A stretch of 64,000 nucleotides of DNA from an uncultured Eubacteriales bacterium (GCA_902761365.1 CACWJZ010000011.1:6210-70209), one strand, 5' to 3'; positions 8,312 through 18,111 are shown, counted from the stretch's first letter. Notes: generated by a model from the letters alone, not told the origin. Program-made: numbers and translations.

Positions 8312-8905
8312 ATGGCCATCGAATCCATCGAACGGCTGACGGTGCAGCTGGGCCGGCTCCCGGGCATCGGGCGCAAGACGGCGGCTCGGCTGGCCTATCA
8401 TATTTTGGGCGTCCCGCCGGAGCAGGCCCAGGAGCTGGCTCAGGCCATCCTGGACGCCCGGACGAAGGTCCACAACTGCCCCGTCTGCGGCACCTACACC
8501 GACGGGGAGCTGTGCGAGATCTGTGCCGATCCCCGGCGGCGAACGGACGTGATCTGCGTGGTGTCGGACCCCAAGGACGTGATCGCCATGGAGAAGACCC
8601 GGGAGTTCAACGGCCGCTACCACGTGCTCTTCGGCGCCCTGTCCCCCATGGAGGGCATCGGCCCCAAGGACATCAAGATCAACGAGCTGTTGGAGCGCTG
8701 CCGGGGCGGCGAGGTGAAGGAGGTCATTCTGGCCACCAACCCGGACGTGGAGGGCGAGGCCACGGCGTCCTATATCGCAAGGCTGTTGAAGCCCCTGGGC
8801 GTCACCGCCTCCCGCATCGCCCACGGCATCCCCATCGGCGGGAATTTGGAGTACACCGACGAGGTCACCCTGGCCAAGGCGTTGGAGGGGCGAAGGAATC
8901 TGTAA
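8312..8905 (+). CDS. recR: Recombination protein RecR
   Basis: [15 protein letters not shown], zinc finger [16 protein letters not shown], Toprim segment [14 protein letters not shown]. Confidence 0.95.
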   Translation: MAIESIERLTVQLGRLPGIGRKTAARLAYHILGVPPEQAQELAQAILDARTKVHNCPVCGTYTDGELCEICADPRRRTDVICVVSDPKDVIAMEKTREFNGRYHVLFGALSPMEGIGPKDIKINELLERCRGGEVKEVILATNPDVEGEATASYIARLLKPLGVTASRIAHGIPIGGNLEYTDEVTLAKALEGRRNL

Positions 8906-9065
8906 TGACGCGGCAGCGCCGCAAAACATCGCTTCGCGCATGGCGTTGGCCGTGCGCGATTTGGTATAACTCGCTTTTCGCGCGAGTCAGCTCTCCGTTC
9001 GGTCGCTGGCAAAGGGCGGGCGGAGGTGGTATGCTGAGGGCAACAAAAGCAAGGAGGACAAACCT

Positions 9066-10079
9066 ATGGAAATGGGAAAGGAGATCCGCCGCCTGCGGCA
9101 GGATCGGGGCCTCACCCAGGAGGCCCTGGCAGCGGCGCTGAACGTGACCGCCCAGACCGTCAGCAAATGGGAGTGCGGCACCACCGTGCCCGACGTGCAG
9201 CTGTTGCCGGAGATCGCCGTGTACTTCGGCGTCAGCATCGACCAGCTCTTCGCCATGACCCCCCAGCAGCAGATGGAGCGCATCGAAAACCGCATCTACG
9301 CCCGGGGGCTCTTCGACGAGGCCGAGGAGCGGCAGATCGAGCAGCAGCTGGGGGCATTCGGGGAGGACCCGGCCCTGAAGGGCCAGGCGGAGCTGCTGCT
9401 TGCCAAGCTCTACAACAACCAGGCCGAGCAGTATCGGCTGCTGGCGGTGGAGCACGGCAAGGTGGCCGTGGAGGAGACGAAGGGCGACTCCGACGCCGTC
9501 AGCGAGCTCACCAACGCCTGGGGCAGCTATATCTCCGACTGGAACGTGCGGAACCATCACGCCCTCATCGCCTGGCTCAGCGACTATTGCGAGAGGAACC
9601 CGAGGAATCGGTGCCCGCTCATGTGGCTCCTGGATAACCTGATCGACGATCGGCGGCTCGCCGAGGCGAAGGGGTGGCTCGAAAAGCTGGCGGCCCTGGA
9701 CGACACCTTCCGCGTGCCCATGTACCGGTACCTGATCGCTCAGGCCGAGGGGAAGGGGGAGACCGAGCAGCGGCTCCGGGAGCTGGAAGGGATGCAGGAC
9801 CAGGAGTGGTGCTGGGCGCTGACCCTGGGGGATATCTACACCCAGCGGCAGGAATACGACAAGGCCATCGTGTGGTACCGGAAGGGGCAGGACATGCAGC
9901 CCGCGCCCAAGTTCATCGACAGCGCCATGAGCGTCGCCCATATCTGCGAGATCCGGGGCGACAAGGCCGGGGCCATCGCTGCGTACAAAGAGGTCCTGCG
10001 CATCCAGCGGGAGGACTGGGGCATCGTCAGCGGCGAGGAGCGGGACGAAGTGGAGCGCGCTATCCGGAAGCTGCAATAA
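9066..10079 (+). CDS. XRE-family HTH regulator with a C-terminal TPR-like domain
   Basis: N-terminus IRRLRQDRGLTQEALAAALNVTAQTVSKWECG. C-terminal helical repeats ...GDIYTQRQEYDKAIVWYRKG... Confidence 0.75.
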   Translation: MEMGKEIRRLRQDRGLTQEALAAALNVTAQTVSKWECGTTVPDVQLLPEIAVYFGVSIDQLFAMTPQQQMERIENRIYARGLFDEAEERQIEQQLGAFGEDPALKGQAELLLAKLYNNQAEQYRLLAVEHGKVAVEETKGDSDAVSELTNAWGSYISDWNVRNHHALIAWLSDYCERNPRNRCPLMWLLDNLIDDRRLAEAKGWLEKLAALDDTFRVPMYRYLIAQAEGKGETEQRLRELEGMQDQEWCWALTLGDIYTQRQEYDKAIVWYRKGQDMQPAPKFIDSAMSVAHICEIRGDKAGAIAAYKEVLRIQREDWGIVSGEERDEVERAIRKLQ

Positions 10080-10089
10080 GTTGAAACAC

Positions 10090-10117
10090 AAAAAAGGACG
10101 CTTTCGCGTCCTTTTTT
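10090..10117. terminator. Bidirectional intrinsic terminator between convergent genes
   Basis: AAAAAA-GGACGC-TTTC-GCGTCC-TTTTTT. Confidence 0.8.
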
Positions 10118-10131
10118 CATATCTGCGCAGA

Positions 10132-10956
10132 TCAGGCCTGGGGCTCTTCGGGCGCCTCGGGGGCCTCGATGGGCTTCTCGGCGGGGGCCTCCTCGGGCAG
10201 GGGCTTGACGATGGGTTCAGGCTCGGGCTCGAGCATGGGCTCCGGCTCTGGCTCCGGCATGGGCGCGGGCTCCGGTGCGGGGACGGGCTCGGGCTCCACG
10301 ACGGGCATGGCCTGATACTCCTGGAGGGCGTCGCCCTGAGCCTTGCCGTAGCTGAACACCCGGGCCAGGAAGAAGTAGATCAGGGAGATCAGCAGGGCGC
10401 CCAGGTTCAAGCTCAGGTTCACCTTCTCCATGGGCAGGGCCAGGCGACGAACGAACTCCGCGGCGATGAAGTAGCCCAGGACGATGCCACCGGCCCAGAA
10501 GACGATGTGCAGGATGCCCAGCAGCCGCAGCCGCCGCACGTTCCCGGTGGTGAAGGGGGTGTCCTCCTTCTTGATGTGCTTGAACAGCTTTCCGGCCACC
10601 AGCAGCAGCACGTAGGTGGCGGCCAGGGCCAGCACGGCCGCGCCCAGAAGCATGAGGATGGCCAGCTTGGCGTCCCTGAGATCCAGCGTTAGCACCCCGT
10701 TCTGAACGAGGCCGCCGATGTCGGGCACCTTGTCGATGCCCAGCTGGCCCAGGTTCAGATCCTTCATCTCCAGCACCAGCTTGCCGTCCTTCACGGCCTC
10801 CAGGGGCAGGTCGTTCTCGTTGACCACGGCCAGGACCACCAGGGCGGCGATCAGGACCACGGCGGCGATGATGAGCAGGATGCGCAGGATCTTCAGCACG
10901 ACGAAGCCGACGGCAGCGCCATTTTGGACCTTCTTCAGTTTCTTTTCCATGTTCAC
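10132..10956 (-). CDS. DUF2975-like membrane protein with a Pro/Glu-rich C-terminal tail
   Basis: Multi-TM protein. The segment LFKHIKKEDTPFTTGNVRRLRLLGIL is typical of DUF2975. Tail: EPEPVPAPEPAPMPEPEPEPMLEPEPEP. Confidence 0.6.
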   Translation of the reverse strand: MNMEKKLKKVQNGAAVGFVVLKILRILLIIAAVVLIAALVVLAVVNENDLPLEAVKDGKLVLEMKDLNLGQLGIDKVPDIGGLVQNGVLTLDLRDAKLAILMLLGAAVLALAATYVLLLVAGKLFKHIKKEDTPFTTGNVRRLRLLGILHIVFWAGGIVLGYFIAAEFVRRLALPMEKVNLSLNLGALLISLIYFFLARVFSYGKAQGDALQEYQAMPVVEPEPVPAPEPAPMPEPEPEPMLEPEPEPIVKPLPEEAPAEKPIEAPEAPEEPQA

Positions 10957-10968
10957 TATCTCCTTTGT

Positions 10969-11769
10969 CTATTGTTCGTTCAGCCGCCGATACAGCGCCA
11001 AAAGCTGTGCTGGCGTCAGGGCTTCGCCCCGCAGGTTCTCGGCAAGGCCCATGTCCTTCAGGACGCCCCTGAGGTCCGGGGTCCCGGTGAGATTATTATA
11101 CAGCGTCTTGCGGCGCATGCGCAAGCACGCAGCGGCAAATTTCAGGAGGGATTTGGGCGACTCCTGAGGCGCGTCGGGCCGGGCCGTCAGCCGGACCAAG
11201 GCGCTGGTCACTGTGGGGGGCGGCACATAGGCCCCTGGCGGCACCTCGCCCAGGAGCGCGGCCTCGTAGTAGAGCTGGGAGACCATGGCCACGGGGCCGT
11301 AATTCTTCTGGGCAGGCTTGGCAAAAAACCGGTCCGCCGCCTCCTTCTGGACCATGAGCAGCATCCCCGCGGGGCGCATGGCGAGCAGCATGGTCACGAT
11401 GTCCGCCGTGATGCAGTAGGGCAGGTTCCCCGCGGCCACGAAGTCGGCGGGCAAAAAGCCGTAGTCCGTCTTCAGGCAGTCCCCATGGATCAGGGTCAGG
11501 CGCTCATGGGGCAAATCCCGCTGAAGGAAGTCGAAGAGCCGCCCATCCTTCTCCACCGCATAGACCCGGGCGCCCGCGTCCAGCAGTTGCTCCGTCAGCC
11601 CCCCCAAGCCCGGGCCGATCTCCAGCACCGTCCGGCCCGCCAGGGGCAGCGCCGTGGCGAGGCGGCGGAGCACCCCCTCGTCCACGCAGAAGTTTTGGCC
11701 CAGGTTCTTGTTGGGCAGCAGCTCCTCCCGGGCCAGGACCTGCTCCACAAAGGCTTTCGTCGCTCTCAT
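10969..11769 (-). CDS. rsmA: 16S rRNA (adenine1518/1519-N6)-dimethyltransferase
   Basis: LGQNFCVD, SAM motif VLEIGPGLGGLT, GNLPYCIT, PPPTVTSALVRL. Confidence 0.85.
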   Translation of the reverse strand: MRATKAFVEQVLAREELLPNKNLGQNFCVDEGVLRRLATALPLAGRTVLEIGPGLGGLTEQLLDAGARVYAVEKDGRLFDFLQRDLPHERLTLIHGDCLKTDYGFLPADFVAAGNLPYCITADIVTMLLAMRPAGMLLMVQKEAADRFFAKPAQKNYGPVAMVSQLYYEAALLGEVPPGAYVPPPTVTSALVRLTARPDAPQESPKSLLKFAAACLRMRRKTLYNNLTGTPDLRGVLKDMGLAENLRGEALTPAQLLALYRRLNEQ

Positions 11770-11818
11770 GGCAGCATCATATCATCCTTTATCCGTGTAT
11801 GCAAGGCTTGGCGCGCCC

Positions 11819-13411
11819 CTAAAAGCTGTCCCAGTGGAGCACCAGAACGGTGTTCACGACGAGGACGATCAGAACGAATAAGATCGCGAAGATCAGAGGA
11901 GAAAATACAAAGACCTTGACCGTGTCCCATATGTCCCTCCACCGCGCCTTCCAGGGCTTCTTCGGCGCCCGATGCCGCTTGCGGCGGCCGTCGTCGGTGC
12001 AATAGCGGATGACGGGGTGTTCATAGAGCTCCAGCCGCCCGAACTTCAGCACGAACACCGGCGCCAGGGGCACCCCCAGGCACAGCCACACCGCCGCCCC
12101 GCCCATGGTCAGCCCGTGATAGTCGAACCCGTTGAGGATAAAGGCCAGGATCACGGGCAGGAACACCACCACGCAGGGCACCAGCACCATGAGGAGCAGC
12201 CGCAGGGGCGTGGTGAAGCGAAGGTCCACCGCCCTGTCCCGCCCCTCAATGGGCAGATAGAAGGTTGGCGGCGACACGGTCGTTCGGGTGTCGTCAGAGG
12301 TGAAGATGCGGCGGGGCAGGGCTTCCCGGCCCATGCCGCCGTACGCGTTGTGGTAAGCGGTGAACAGCACGAACAGCAGGAAGATGGCCAGCACCCCCGC
12401 CACCAGCAGGCAGGCCATCTGCTCCGCATAAAAGAGCCGCATGATCCCGTAGACCAGGGCCGGGAAGCCGATGCTGCTCAGGATGGGTTTGATCCACCAG
12501 GGCGCCATGTGCCGCTGCCGCTTCTCCCGGACGGCCACCTTCCCCGTCTGCCCGTTGACGGCGGCCAGGGTGTCCCCGGAGCGCAGGTAGTAGGCGGGCA
12601 GCACGGCGCTGAGGGCCACCATGTTCCCGGCGTCGGCGTCCACGTGGACGCCCCGGGTCTCCATGACCTTGGCGGCGAAGGGCCGATACCGGGAAGCGAT
12701 CTCGCCGCTCACCCGGGCCGCAGTCTCCTTTTCGTCCGTGTCCCGGACCTTGACCCGCTGGCCCGCCAGATAGGAGAAGTCGAACTCCTTCACGTCCGCC
12801 AGGTCGTAGGGCTCCATGCCGTCCAGCAGCAGGTTATCGAGCTGCTTGGAGGTGTTCACAAAGCTGCCGTCCCAGAAGCCCCGGCAGGGGAAGGACTTGC
12901 TTTCCTGGCGGGAGATGGTGCAGCTTACGGGCCCCTTCACCAGCTCATAGGGCAGGTAGAAGCCCTTCATCCCGTCCAGATGCTTTTGAATGTCTCGGGC
13001 CTCGGACCGGCCCCGGTGCTTCCGGCACCAGGCCAGCAGGTTCGCCCTGGCCTGGTCCTCGGTGATCTGAAAGGGGATCAGTATCTCCGGGAAGCCCTCC
13101 ACCCCCAGGTACGCCCGCCGCACCAGGCTCCGGCCGCAGAAGGCGCAGTGGGTCAGGGCCTCCCCCTCGGGGAAGACGACCTGGGCCCCGCAGCCCGTGC
13201 ACCGGGCGGTCTCCAGGGGGAATGCCTGGCGCTCGGCCTGCAGCCGTTCCCGATGGGCCCGACGAAAGCCCTGCTTCTCCGCCAGAGGCTCCCGGATGCC
13301 GGTCTCGCCGCCGCAATAGGCGCAGCGATAGACCTGCCCGGCGATGTCGAACCGGGCCGGGGCGCCGCAGCTGGCGCAGTAGAGGTTGAGGGGCTCGTAG
13401 GACTGGCTCAT
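11819..13411 (-). CDS. Uncharacterised multi-zinc-ribbon membrane protein
   Basis: Four CxxC pairs (CASCG..CAYCG; CTGCG..CAFCG), a soluble middle region and several C-terminal TM segments. No family recognised. Confidence 0.6.
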   Translation of the reverse strand: MSQSYEPLNLYCASCGAPARFDIAGQVYRCAYCGGETGIREPLAEKQGFRRAHRERLQAERQAFPLETARCTGCGAQVVFPEGEALTHCAFCGRSLVRRAYLGVEGFPEILIPFQITEDQARANLLAWCRKHRGRSEARDIQKHLDGMKGFYLPYELVKGPVSCTISRQESKSFPCRGFWDGSFVNTSKQLDNLLLDGMEPYDLADVKEFDFSYLAGQRVKVRDTDEKETAARVSGEIASRYRPFAAKVMETRGVHVDADAGNMVALSAVLPAYYLRSGDTLAAVNGQTGKVAVREKRQRHMAPWWIKPILSSIGFPALVYGIMRLFYAEQMACLLVAGVLAIFLLFVLFTAYHNAYGGMGREALPRRIFTSDDTRTTVSPPTFYLPIEGRDRAVDLRFTTPLRLLLMVLVPCVVVFLPVILAFILNGFDYHGLTMGGAAVWLCLGVPLAPVFVLKFGRLELYEHPVIRYCTDDGRRKRHRAPKKPWKARWRDIWDTVKVFVFSPLIFAILFVLIVLVVNTVLVLHWDSF

Positions 13412-13414
13412 AGG

Positions 13415-13861
13415 TCATCTCCGGAACGCGAAGACGCCGATGATCACGCTCAGCACGGCGGCGCCCAGAATGAAAAACTTGCCGATGCGCTTCATGCCGT
13501 CGCCCAGCTCTCCGTCGTCCTCCGTCATGTGCAGATGCTTGGGTTCATGGGGATCGAACCACAGGCGGACCATGGACCCCTCGGGGTGTTCCTCGGGCTT
13601 GAGCTCCTCCTTGGATTGGATCTCCGCTTCGGCCCCGTTGACGGGGAAGCTGAGGAGGGGAAAATAGCCCTTCCGGGTCCGATACCGGCCGTCGGACACG
13701 GTCTTGACCTTGTAGCGGACGATCAGCGCCTCCGCCTGCTCGGTCTCCCGCTCCAGCTTCCGCCGGAACCAGAGGTTCCGAAGGACGCCGTAGATCAGGG
13801 CCACCCAGCCGCACAGGGAGAGGCCCAAAAACAGCTCTATCACCTTTATCCAGTCGATCAT
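13415..13861 (-). CDS. Small membrane protein, DUF3592-like
   Basis: I chose the internal start MIDWIKV after AGGAGG; its ATG overlaps the upstream stop (ATGA). It has an N-terminal and a C-terminal TM segment around a soluble core. Confidence 0.55.
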   Translation of the reverse strand: MIDWIKVIELFLGLSLCGWVALIYGVLRNLWFRRKLERETEQAEALIVRYKVKTVSDGRYRTRKGYFPLLSFPVNGAEAEIQSKEELKPEEHPEGSMVRLWFDPHEPKHLHMTEDDGELGDGMKRIGKFFILGAAVLSVIIGVFAFRR

Positions 13862-14142
13862 ATCCCATCCTCCTTCGCATCGTTCTCCCTTCGCAACGCT
13901 GCCATCCGCCCATAGGCCGCCCGGTGGCCCTCCGATTCCGCATAGAACGCGGTCATATCCGGACAGGGGAAGATGTCGCACCGACCGCAGCAGTCGATGC
14001 CTCTGCTCCGGCAGCAGGCGATGGGCATACAAGGGTCCCCCTCGGGCCACTGGCTATGGCGGCAGTCGGGGCACTTGCCGGACAGATAGTCCGGGCAGAG
14101 GGTGCAGTCCACGCCGCAGTAGGCCATGTGCGTCAGGTCCAT
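13858..14142 (-). CDS. Cys-rich DUF3795-like protein
   Basis: MAYCGVDCTLCPDYLSGKCPDC...CCRSRGIDCCGRCDIFPC. Confidence 0.6.
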   Translation of the reverse strand: MDLTHMAYCGVDCTLCPDYLSGKCPDCRHSQWPEGDPCMPIACCRSRGIDCCGRCDIFPCPDMTAFYAESEGHRAAYGRMAALRRENDAKEDGI

Positions 14143-14158
14143 TCCATAAGCCCCCTTA

Positions 14159-15157
14159 TTATTTCAGACACTTCAAAAACGCCTCGGGCAGGGGCTCCGC
14201 CCCCGTGTACCAGGCGAACCCCGGCACCTCGGCCCGCTCCGCGTTCAGCCGCACCACCTGCATATGCCACACCACATGGGTGAAGATGTGCTGCCGGTGC
14301 ACGATCTCCCAGGCCCCCAGGGGCCGGACCCCCAGCTCCGTCAGGGCCGCGCCGATCTCCTCCCGATTCAGATGCCCCGGCCGGTTGGGCAGCTCGTAGA
14401 GCCCCGACAGCAGCCCCTTGGGGGGCCGGCGGCGGATGAGGAAGCTGTCGCCGCTCCTCACGGCGAACACGGTCAGCTCCTCCTGCCGCTTCGTTCGCTT
14501 CTCGCCCCGGTTGGGGTAGTCCCCCTGGGTGCCGTGGGCAAAGGCCCCGCAGAAACCCGACAGGGGGCAGCCGTCGCATTGGGGTGATTTGGGCAGGCAG
14601 ACGAGGGACCCCAGGTCCATGAACGCCTGGTTCAGATCCCCGGGCCGGTCGCCCATGCGGCTCTGCAGATACCCGGTCCACCGGTCCCGGATCCGCTGGT
14701 CCGTCACGTTCCCGTCGTCCTCCAGGAGCCGAGCCATGACCCGCAGCACGTTCCCGTCCACGGCGGGCGCCCGCTCTCCGAAGGCGATGGACGCGATGGC
14801 TCCGGCGGTGTAGGGGCCCACGCCGGGCAGCTGTACCAGCTCCGCCGCGGTCCGGGGGAAGGCGCCGCCGTGCTCGCTCACCACGGCCTGGGCGCACTTC
14901 TTCAAATTCCGGGCCCGGGAATAGTACCCGAGGCCCTCCCACAGCTTCAAGAGCCGCTCCTCGTCGCAGGCGGCCAGGGTGTCCACCGTGGGGAGCTCTG
15001 CCATGAACCGGCTGTAATAGGGGATCACCGCCGCTGCCCGGGTCTGCTGGAGCATGATCTCCGACACCAAAACGGCGTAGGCGTCCCCCACCCCCCGCCA
15101 GGGCAGGGTGCGCTTGTGCCGGTCATACCATTGGAGCAGGGCATCCGTAAATTCCAT
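14159..15157 (-). CDS. mutY: A/G-specific adenine DNA glycosylase
   Basis: I chose the internal start MEFTDALLQWY. Motifs RTLPWR, VSEIMLQQT, LPGVGPYTAGAI and the 4Fe-4S cluster CLPKSPQCDGCPLSGFC, with a C-terminal NUDIX-like domain. Confidence 0.9.
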   Translation of the reverse strand: MEFTDALLQWYDRHKRTLPWRGVGDAYAVLVSEIMLQQTRAAAVIPYYSRFMAELPTVDTLAACDEERLLKLWEGLGYYSRARNLKKCAQAVVSEHGGAFPRTAAELVQLPGVGPYTAGAIASIAFGERAPAVDGNVLRVMARLLEDDGNVTDQRIRDRWTGYLQSRMGDRPGDLNQAFMDLGSLVCLPKSPQCDGCPLSGFCGAFAHGTQGDYPNRGEKRTKRQEELTVFAVRSGDSFLIRRRPPKGLLSGLYELPNRPGHLNREEIGAALTELGVRPLGAWEIVHRQHIFTHVVWHMQVVRLNAERAEVPGFAWYTGAEPLPEAFLKCLK

Positions 15158-15227
15158 GAAAGCAGTATACCATATCCGCAGCGAATGTGCTATACTGTAC
15201 CTATCATAAATGAAGAAGGTGCGAAAC

Positions 15228-15788
15228 ATGGATTTTGAATCGATCACCAAGGCGGCCCGGGAGGCCATGGACATACTGCTGCAGGCGGCCAAGCCCAAGC
15301 CCGGCCAGCTCATGGTCCTGGGCTGCTCCACCAGCGAGACCGTGGGCAGCCGCATCGGCTCCAACTCCAGCGCCGACGCCGCCCAGGCCATCTTGAAGGG
15401 CGTCCTGCCCGCAGTGAAGGAAGCGGGGCTCATTTTGGCCGTCCAGGGCTGCGAGCACATCAACCGCTCGTTGTGCCTGGAGCGGGCCGACGCGGAGAAG
15501 CTGGGCCTCGTTGAGGTGTGGGTACGCCCCCACGCCCATGCCGGCGGCGCCTGCGTCACGGCCTACTACGACCAGTGCCAGGACCCCGTCATGGTGGAGG
15601 GCCTGCAGTCGAAGGCCACGTTGGGCATGGACATCGGCGACACCCTCATCGGCATGCACATGCGGCCCGTGGTGGTGCCGATCCACTCCCCCCTCCGCAA
15701 GATCGGCGAAGCGAACCTGGTCCTGGCCTTCTCCCGGCCTCGGTACGTAGGCGGGCCCCGAGCCCAATACGTCCAGCAAACCCGGTAA
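15228..15788 (+). CDS. TIGR01440/UPF0340 (YwlG-like) family protein
   Basis: VLGCSTSETVGSRIGS motif. ATG 15228 follows GAAGGTG; ATG 15210 is an alternative. Confidence 0.7.
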   Translation: MDFESITKAAREAMDILLQAAKPKPGQLMVLGCSTSETVGSRIGSNSSADAAQAILKGVLPAVKEAGLILAVQGCEHINRSLCLERADAEKLGLVEVWVRPHAHAGGACVTAYYDQCQDPVMVEGLQSKATLGMDIGDTLIGMHMRPVVVPIHSPLRKIGEANLVLAFSRPRYVGGPRAQYVQQTR

Positions 15789-15806
15789 TGACCGACGAAC
15801 ACAGGA

Positions 15807-15845
15807 AAGGGGCTGTCTCTTGCTGAGGCAGCCCCTTTAATTTAA
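15807..15845 (+). terminator. Intrinsic terminator
   Basis: AAGGGGCTG...CAGCCCCTT followed by TAATTT. Confidence 0.65.
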
Positions 15846-15869
15846 ATACAGTCGATGAACGTCATGCTC

Positions 15870-15898
15870 TTGACAGCTCCATAAATATTTGATAAAAT
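15870..15898 (+). promoter_or_regulatory. Promoter TTGACA-17 nt-TAAAAT in front of ohrR
   Basis: Consensus -35 and near-consensus -10, embedded in AT-rich imperfect dyads that could be an OhrR/MarR operator. Confidence 0.55.
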
Positions 15899-15931
15899 AT
15901 AATAGATTCAAATGTAACGAGGGGGTGCTGT

Positions 15932-16405
15932 ATGGAGCATGACGATCATGGGACAATGAGGCTCAAAGACCAGCTTTGCTTTCCGCTGTATGCCGCCGCC
16001 CGAAACGTAACGAATCTGTACACGCCGTATTTGAAGCCGCTGGGGCTGACCTATACGCAGTATATCGTCTTTCTGGTGCTGTGGGAAAAGGACGGGATCC
16101 CGGTCGGAGAGCTTTGCGAAACGCTGATGCTGGATAACGGGACGATCTCTCCCCTGCTCAAGAAGATGCAGCAGGCGGGGTATATCGAACGGACCCGAAG
16201 CGAACGGGACGACCGCGTGGTCGTGATCACGCTGACGGAATCGGGCAAAGCATTGCGGGAACAGGCGAAGGACGTGCCGAAAAAGGTTGCGAGCTGCCTT
16301 GCGCTGCCGCCGGAGAAGGCGCAGGCGCTGTATGCGCTGCTGTATGAACTCTTGGACAATCAAGAACAGAAGGGAAAGGAGCAAAACAATGAAAACGGTC
16401 TATGA
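15932..16405 (+). CDS. ohrR: MarR-family regulator, OhrR-like
   Basis: N-terminal sensing Cys context DQLCFPLYAAAR, winged-helix LTYTQYIVFLVLWE, and a peroxidase gene downstream. Confidence 0.75.
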   Translation: MEHDDHGTMRLKDQLCFPLYAAARNVTNLYTPYLKPLGLTYTQYIVFLVLWEKDGIPVGELCETLMLDNGTISPLLKKMQQAGYIERTRSERDDRVVVITLTESGKALREQAKDVPKKVASCLALPPEKAQALYALLYELLDNQEQKGKEQNNENGL

Positions 16406-16934
16406 TTTCACGGTGAAGGACAGAAAAGGGAACGACGTAAACCTTTCCGAATACAAAGGTAAGGTGCTGTTGATCGTCAACACAGCGACCGGCTGCGGCT
16501 TTACGCCGCATTACGATCCCCTTGAAGCCATGTATAAGGAATTCAAGGATAAGGGCTTTGAGATCCTCGATTTTCCCTGCAACCAGTTTGCCAATCAGGC
16601 GCCCGGCAGCGAGGACGAGATCCATTCGTTCTGCACGTTGAAGTTCGGCGCGGATTTCCCGCAATTCAAGAAAATCGACGTCAACGGCGAGGGGGCCGAT
16701 CCCTTGTTCGCATTCCTTGCGACGGAAAAGCCGTTTGAGGGCTTCGGCAAGGGCATCAAAAACGCCATGCTGGAAAAGTATGCAAAGATGAACAACAAGC
16801 AGTTCGGCGACAAAGCGTACATCAAGTGGAATTTTACGAAGTTCCTGGCGGATCGCGAAGGCAAGATCATCGCGCGCTTTGAACCGACCGTCGATATGGA
16901 AGAAGTCAGGAAAGCTGTCGAAGCGGCGCTGTGA
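16389..16934 (+). CDS. Glutathione peroxidase family protein (Cys type)
   Basis: MKTVYDFTVKD...LLIVNTATGCGFT...FPCNQF...WNFTKFL. Confidence 0.9.
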   Translation: MKTVYDFTVKDRKGNDVNLSEYKGKVLLIVNTATGCGFTPHYDPLEAMYKEFKDKGFEILDFPCNQFANQAPGSEDEIHSFCTLKFGADFPQFKKIDVNGEGADPLFAFLATEKPFEGFGKGIKNAMLEKYAKMNNKQFGDKAYIKWNFTKFLADREGKIIARFEPTVDMEEVRKAVEAAL

Positions 16935-16943
16935 GGGATCGGT

Positions 16944-18071
16944 ATGAAGGATATTTCGGAAGATGCCGCCATCAGGGAAAGAACGATCGTCAAAACGAGC
17001 GTCATCGGGATCGTTACAAACCTGCTGCTGGTAGGCTTCAAAGCATTCGTCGGACTGATGTCCAACTCGATCGCCATCATCCTTGACGCAGTCAATAACC
17101 TTTCCGATGCGCTTTCGTCGGTGGTCACGATCATCGGCGCGAAGTTAGGTGCAAAACAGCCGGACAAGAAGCATCCGCTGGGCTACGGAAGGATCGAGTA
17201 TTTAAGCTCCATGATCGTCGCCGCGCTGGTGCTGTACGCGGGCATCACGTCGCTGGTGGAATCGATCAAAAAGATCATTCATCCGGAAGCCGCGGACTAC
17301 AGCACGATCACGCTGGTTATCCTTTCCGTGGCGATCGCCGTGAAGCTGATCCTAGGTCTGTATGTGAAAAAACAGGGCAAAGCAGTCAACTCCGGCGCGC
17401 TCATCGCATCCGGTTCGGACGCCATGTTCGACGCGATCCTGTCCGCTTCGGTGCTTGCCTCGGCGATCATCTACCTAATTTGGAACGTTTCACTGGAAGC
17501 CTACGTGGGCGTCGTGATTGCGGGATTCATCATCAAGGCGGGCATCGAGATGATGATCGAAACGCTGAACGACATCATCGGCAAGCGTGAGGATGCGGAA
17601 ACTATCCAAGAACTCAAACAGATCATATGCGAAGAGGAAAAGGTCCTCGGCGCGTATGACGTGACCCTGTTCAATTACGGACCGAACAAGAACTACGGCT
17701 CCGTACACGTCGAGCTTCCCGATACGCTGACCGTGGAAGAGGTCGACCGTATCACGCGGCGCATCCAAACCAACGTTTTTCATAAAACCGGCGTCATCCT
17801 GACCGGCATTGGCATCTATTCCTACAACACATCGAACGATGAAGCGGCACAGATGCGCAACAGCATCCAGCAAACCGTTCTGTCGCACGAATGGGCATTG
17901 CAGATGCACGGCTTCTATGCCGATACGGAGCAGAAAACCCTTCGCTTCGACGTCGTGATGAGCTTTGACGTCGATCGGAAGGAAGCGTTGGAAACGCTGC
18001 ACAAAGAAATCCACGGGTCGTATCCGGAGTATGAAATCCTGATCGTACCGGATGTGGACGTTGCGGACTGA
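16944..18071 (+). CDS. Cation diffusion facilitator (CDF) family transporter
   Basis: SNSIAIILDAVNNLSDALSS, HPLGYGRIEYL, six TM segments and a C-terminal cytoplasmic domain. Confidence 0.85.
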   Translation: MKDISEDAAIRERTIVKTSVIGIVTNLLLVGFKAFVGLMSNSIAIILDAVNNLSDALSSVVTIIGAKLGAKQPDKKHPLGYGRIEYLSSMIVAALVLYAGITSLVESIKKIIHPEAADYSTITLVILSVAIAVKLILGLYVKKQGKAVNSGALIASGSDAMFDAILSASVLASAIIYLIWNVSLEAYVGVVIAGFIIKAGIEMMIETLNDIIGKREDAETIQELKQIICEEEKVLGAYDVTLFNYGPNKNYGSVHVELPDTLTVEEVDRITRRIQTNVFHKTGVILTGIGIYSYNTSNDEAAQMRNSIQQTVLSHEWALQMHGFYADTEQKTLRFDVVMSFDVDRKEALETLHKEIHGSYPEYEILIVPDVDVAD

Positions 18072-18111
18072 TTCAAAAGAAAGCGATCCTTTAAGGCTTT
18101 TTGACAAGCAG

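Noticed and set aside
8941-8970. A 9-codon ORF (MALAVRDLV) as a candidate signalling pro-peptide for the HTH-TPR regulator.
   Set aside because: It has no RBS and no secretion or processing features, and it is too short to separate from chance.
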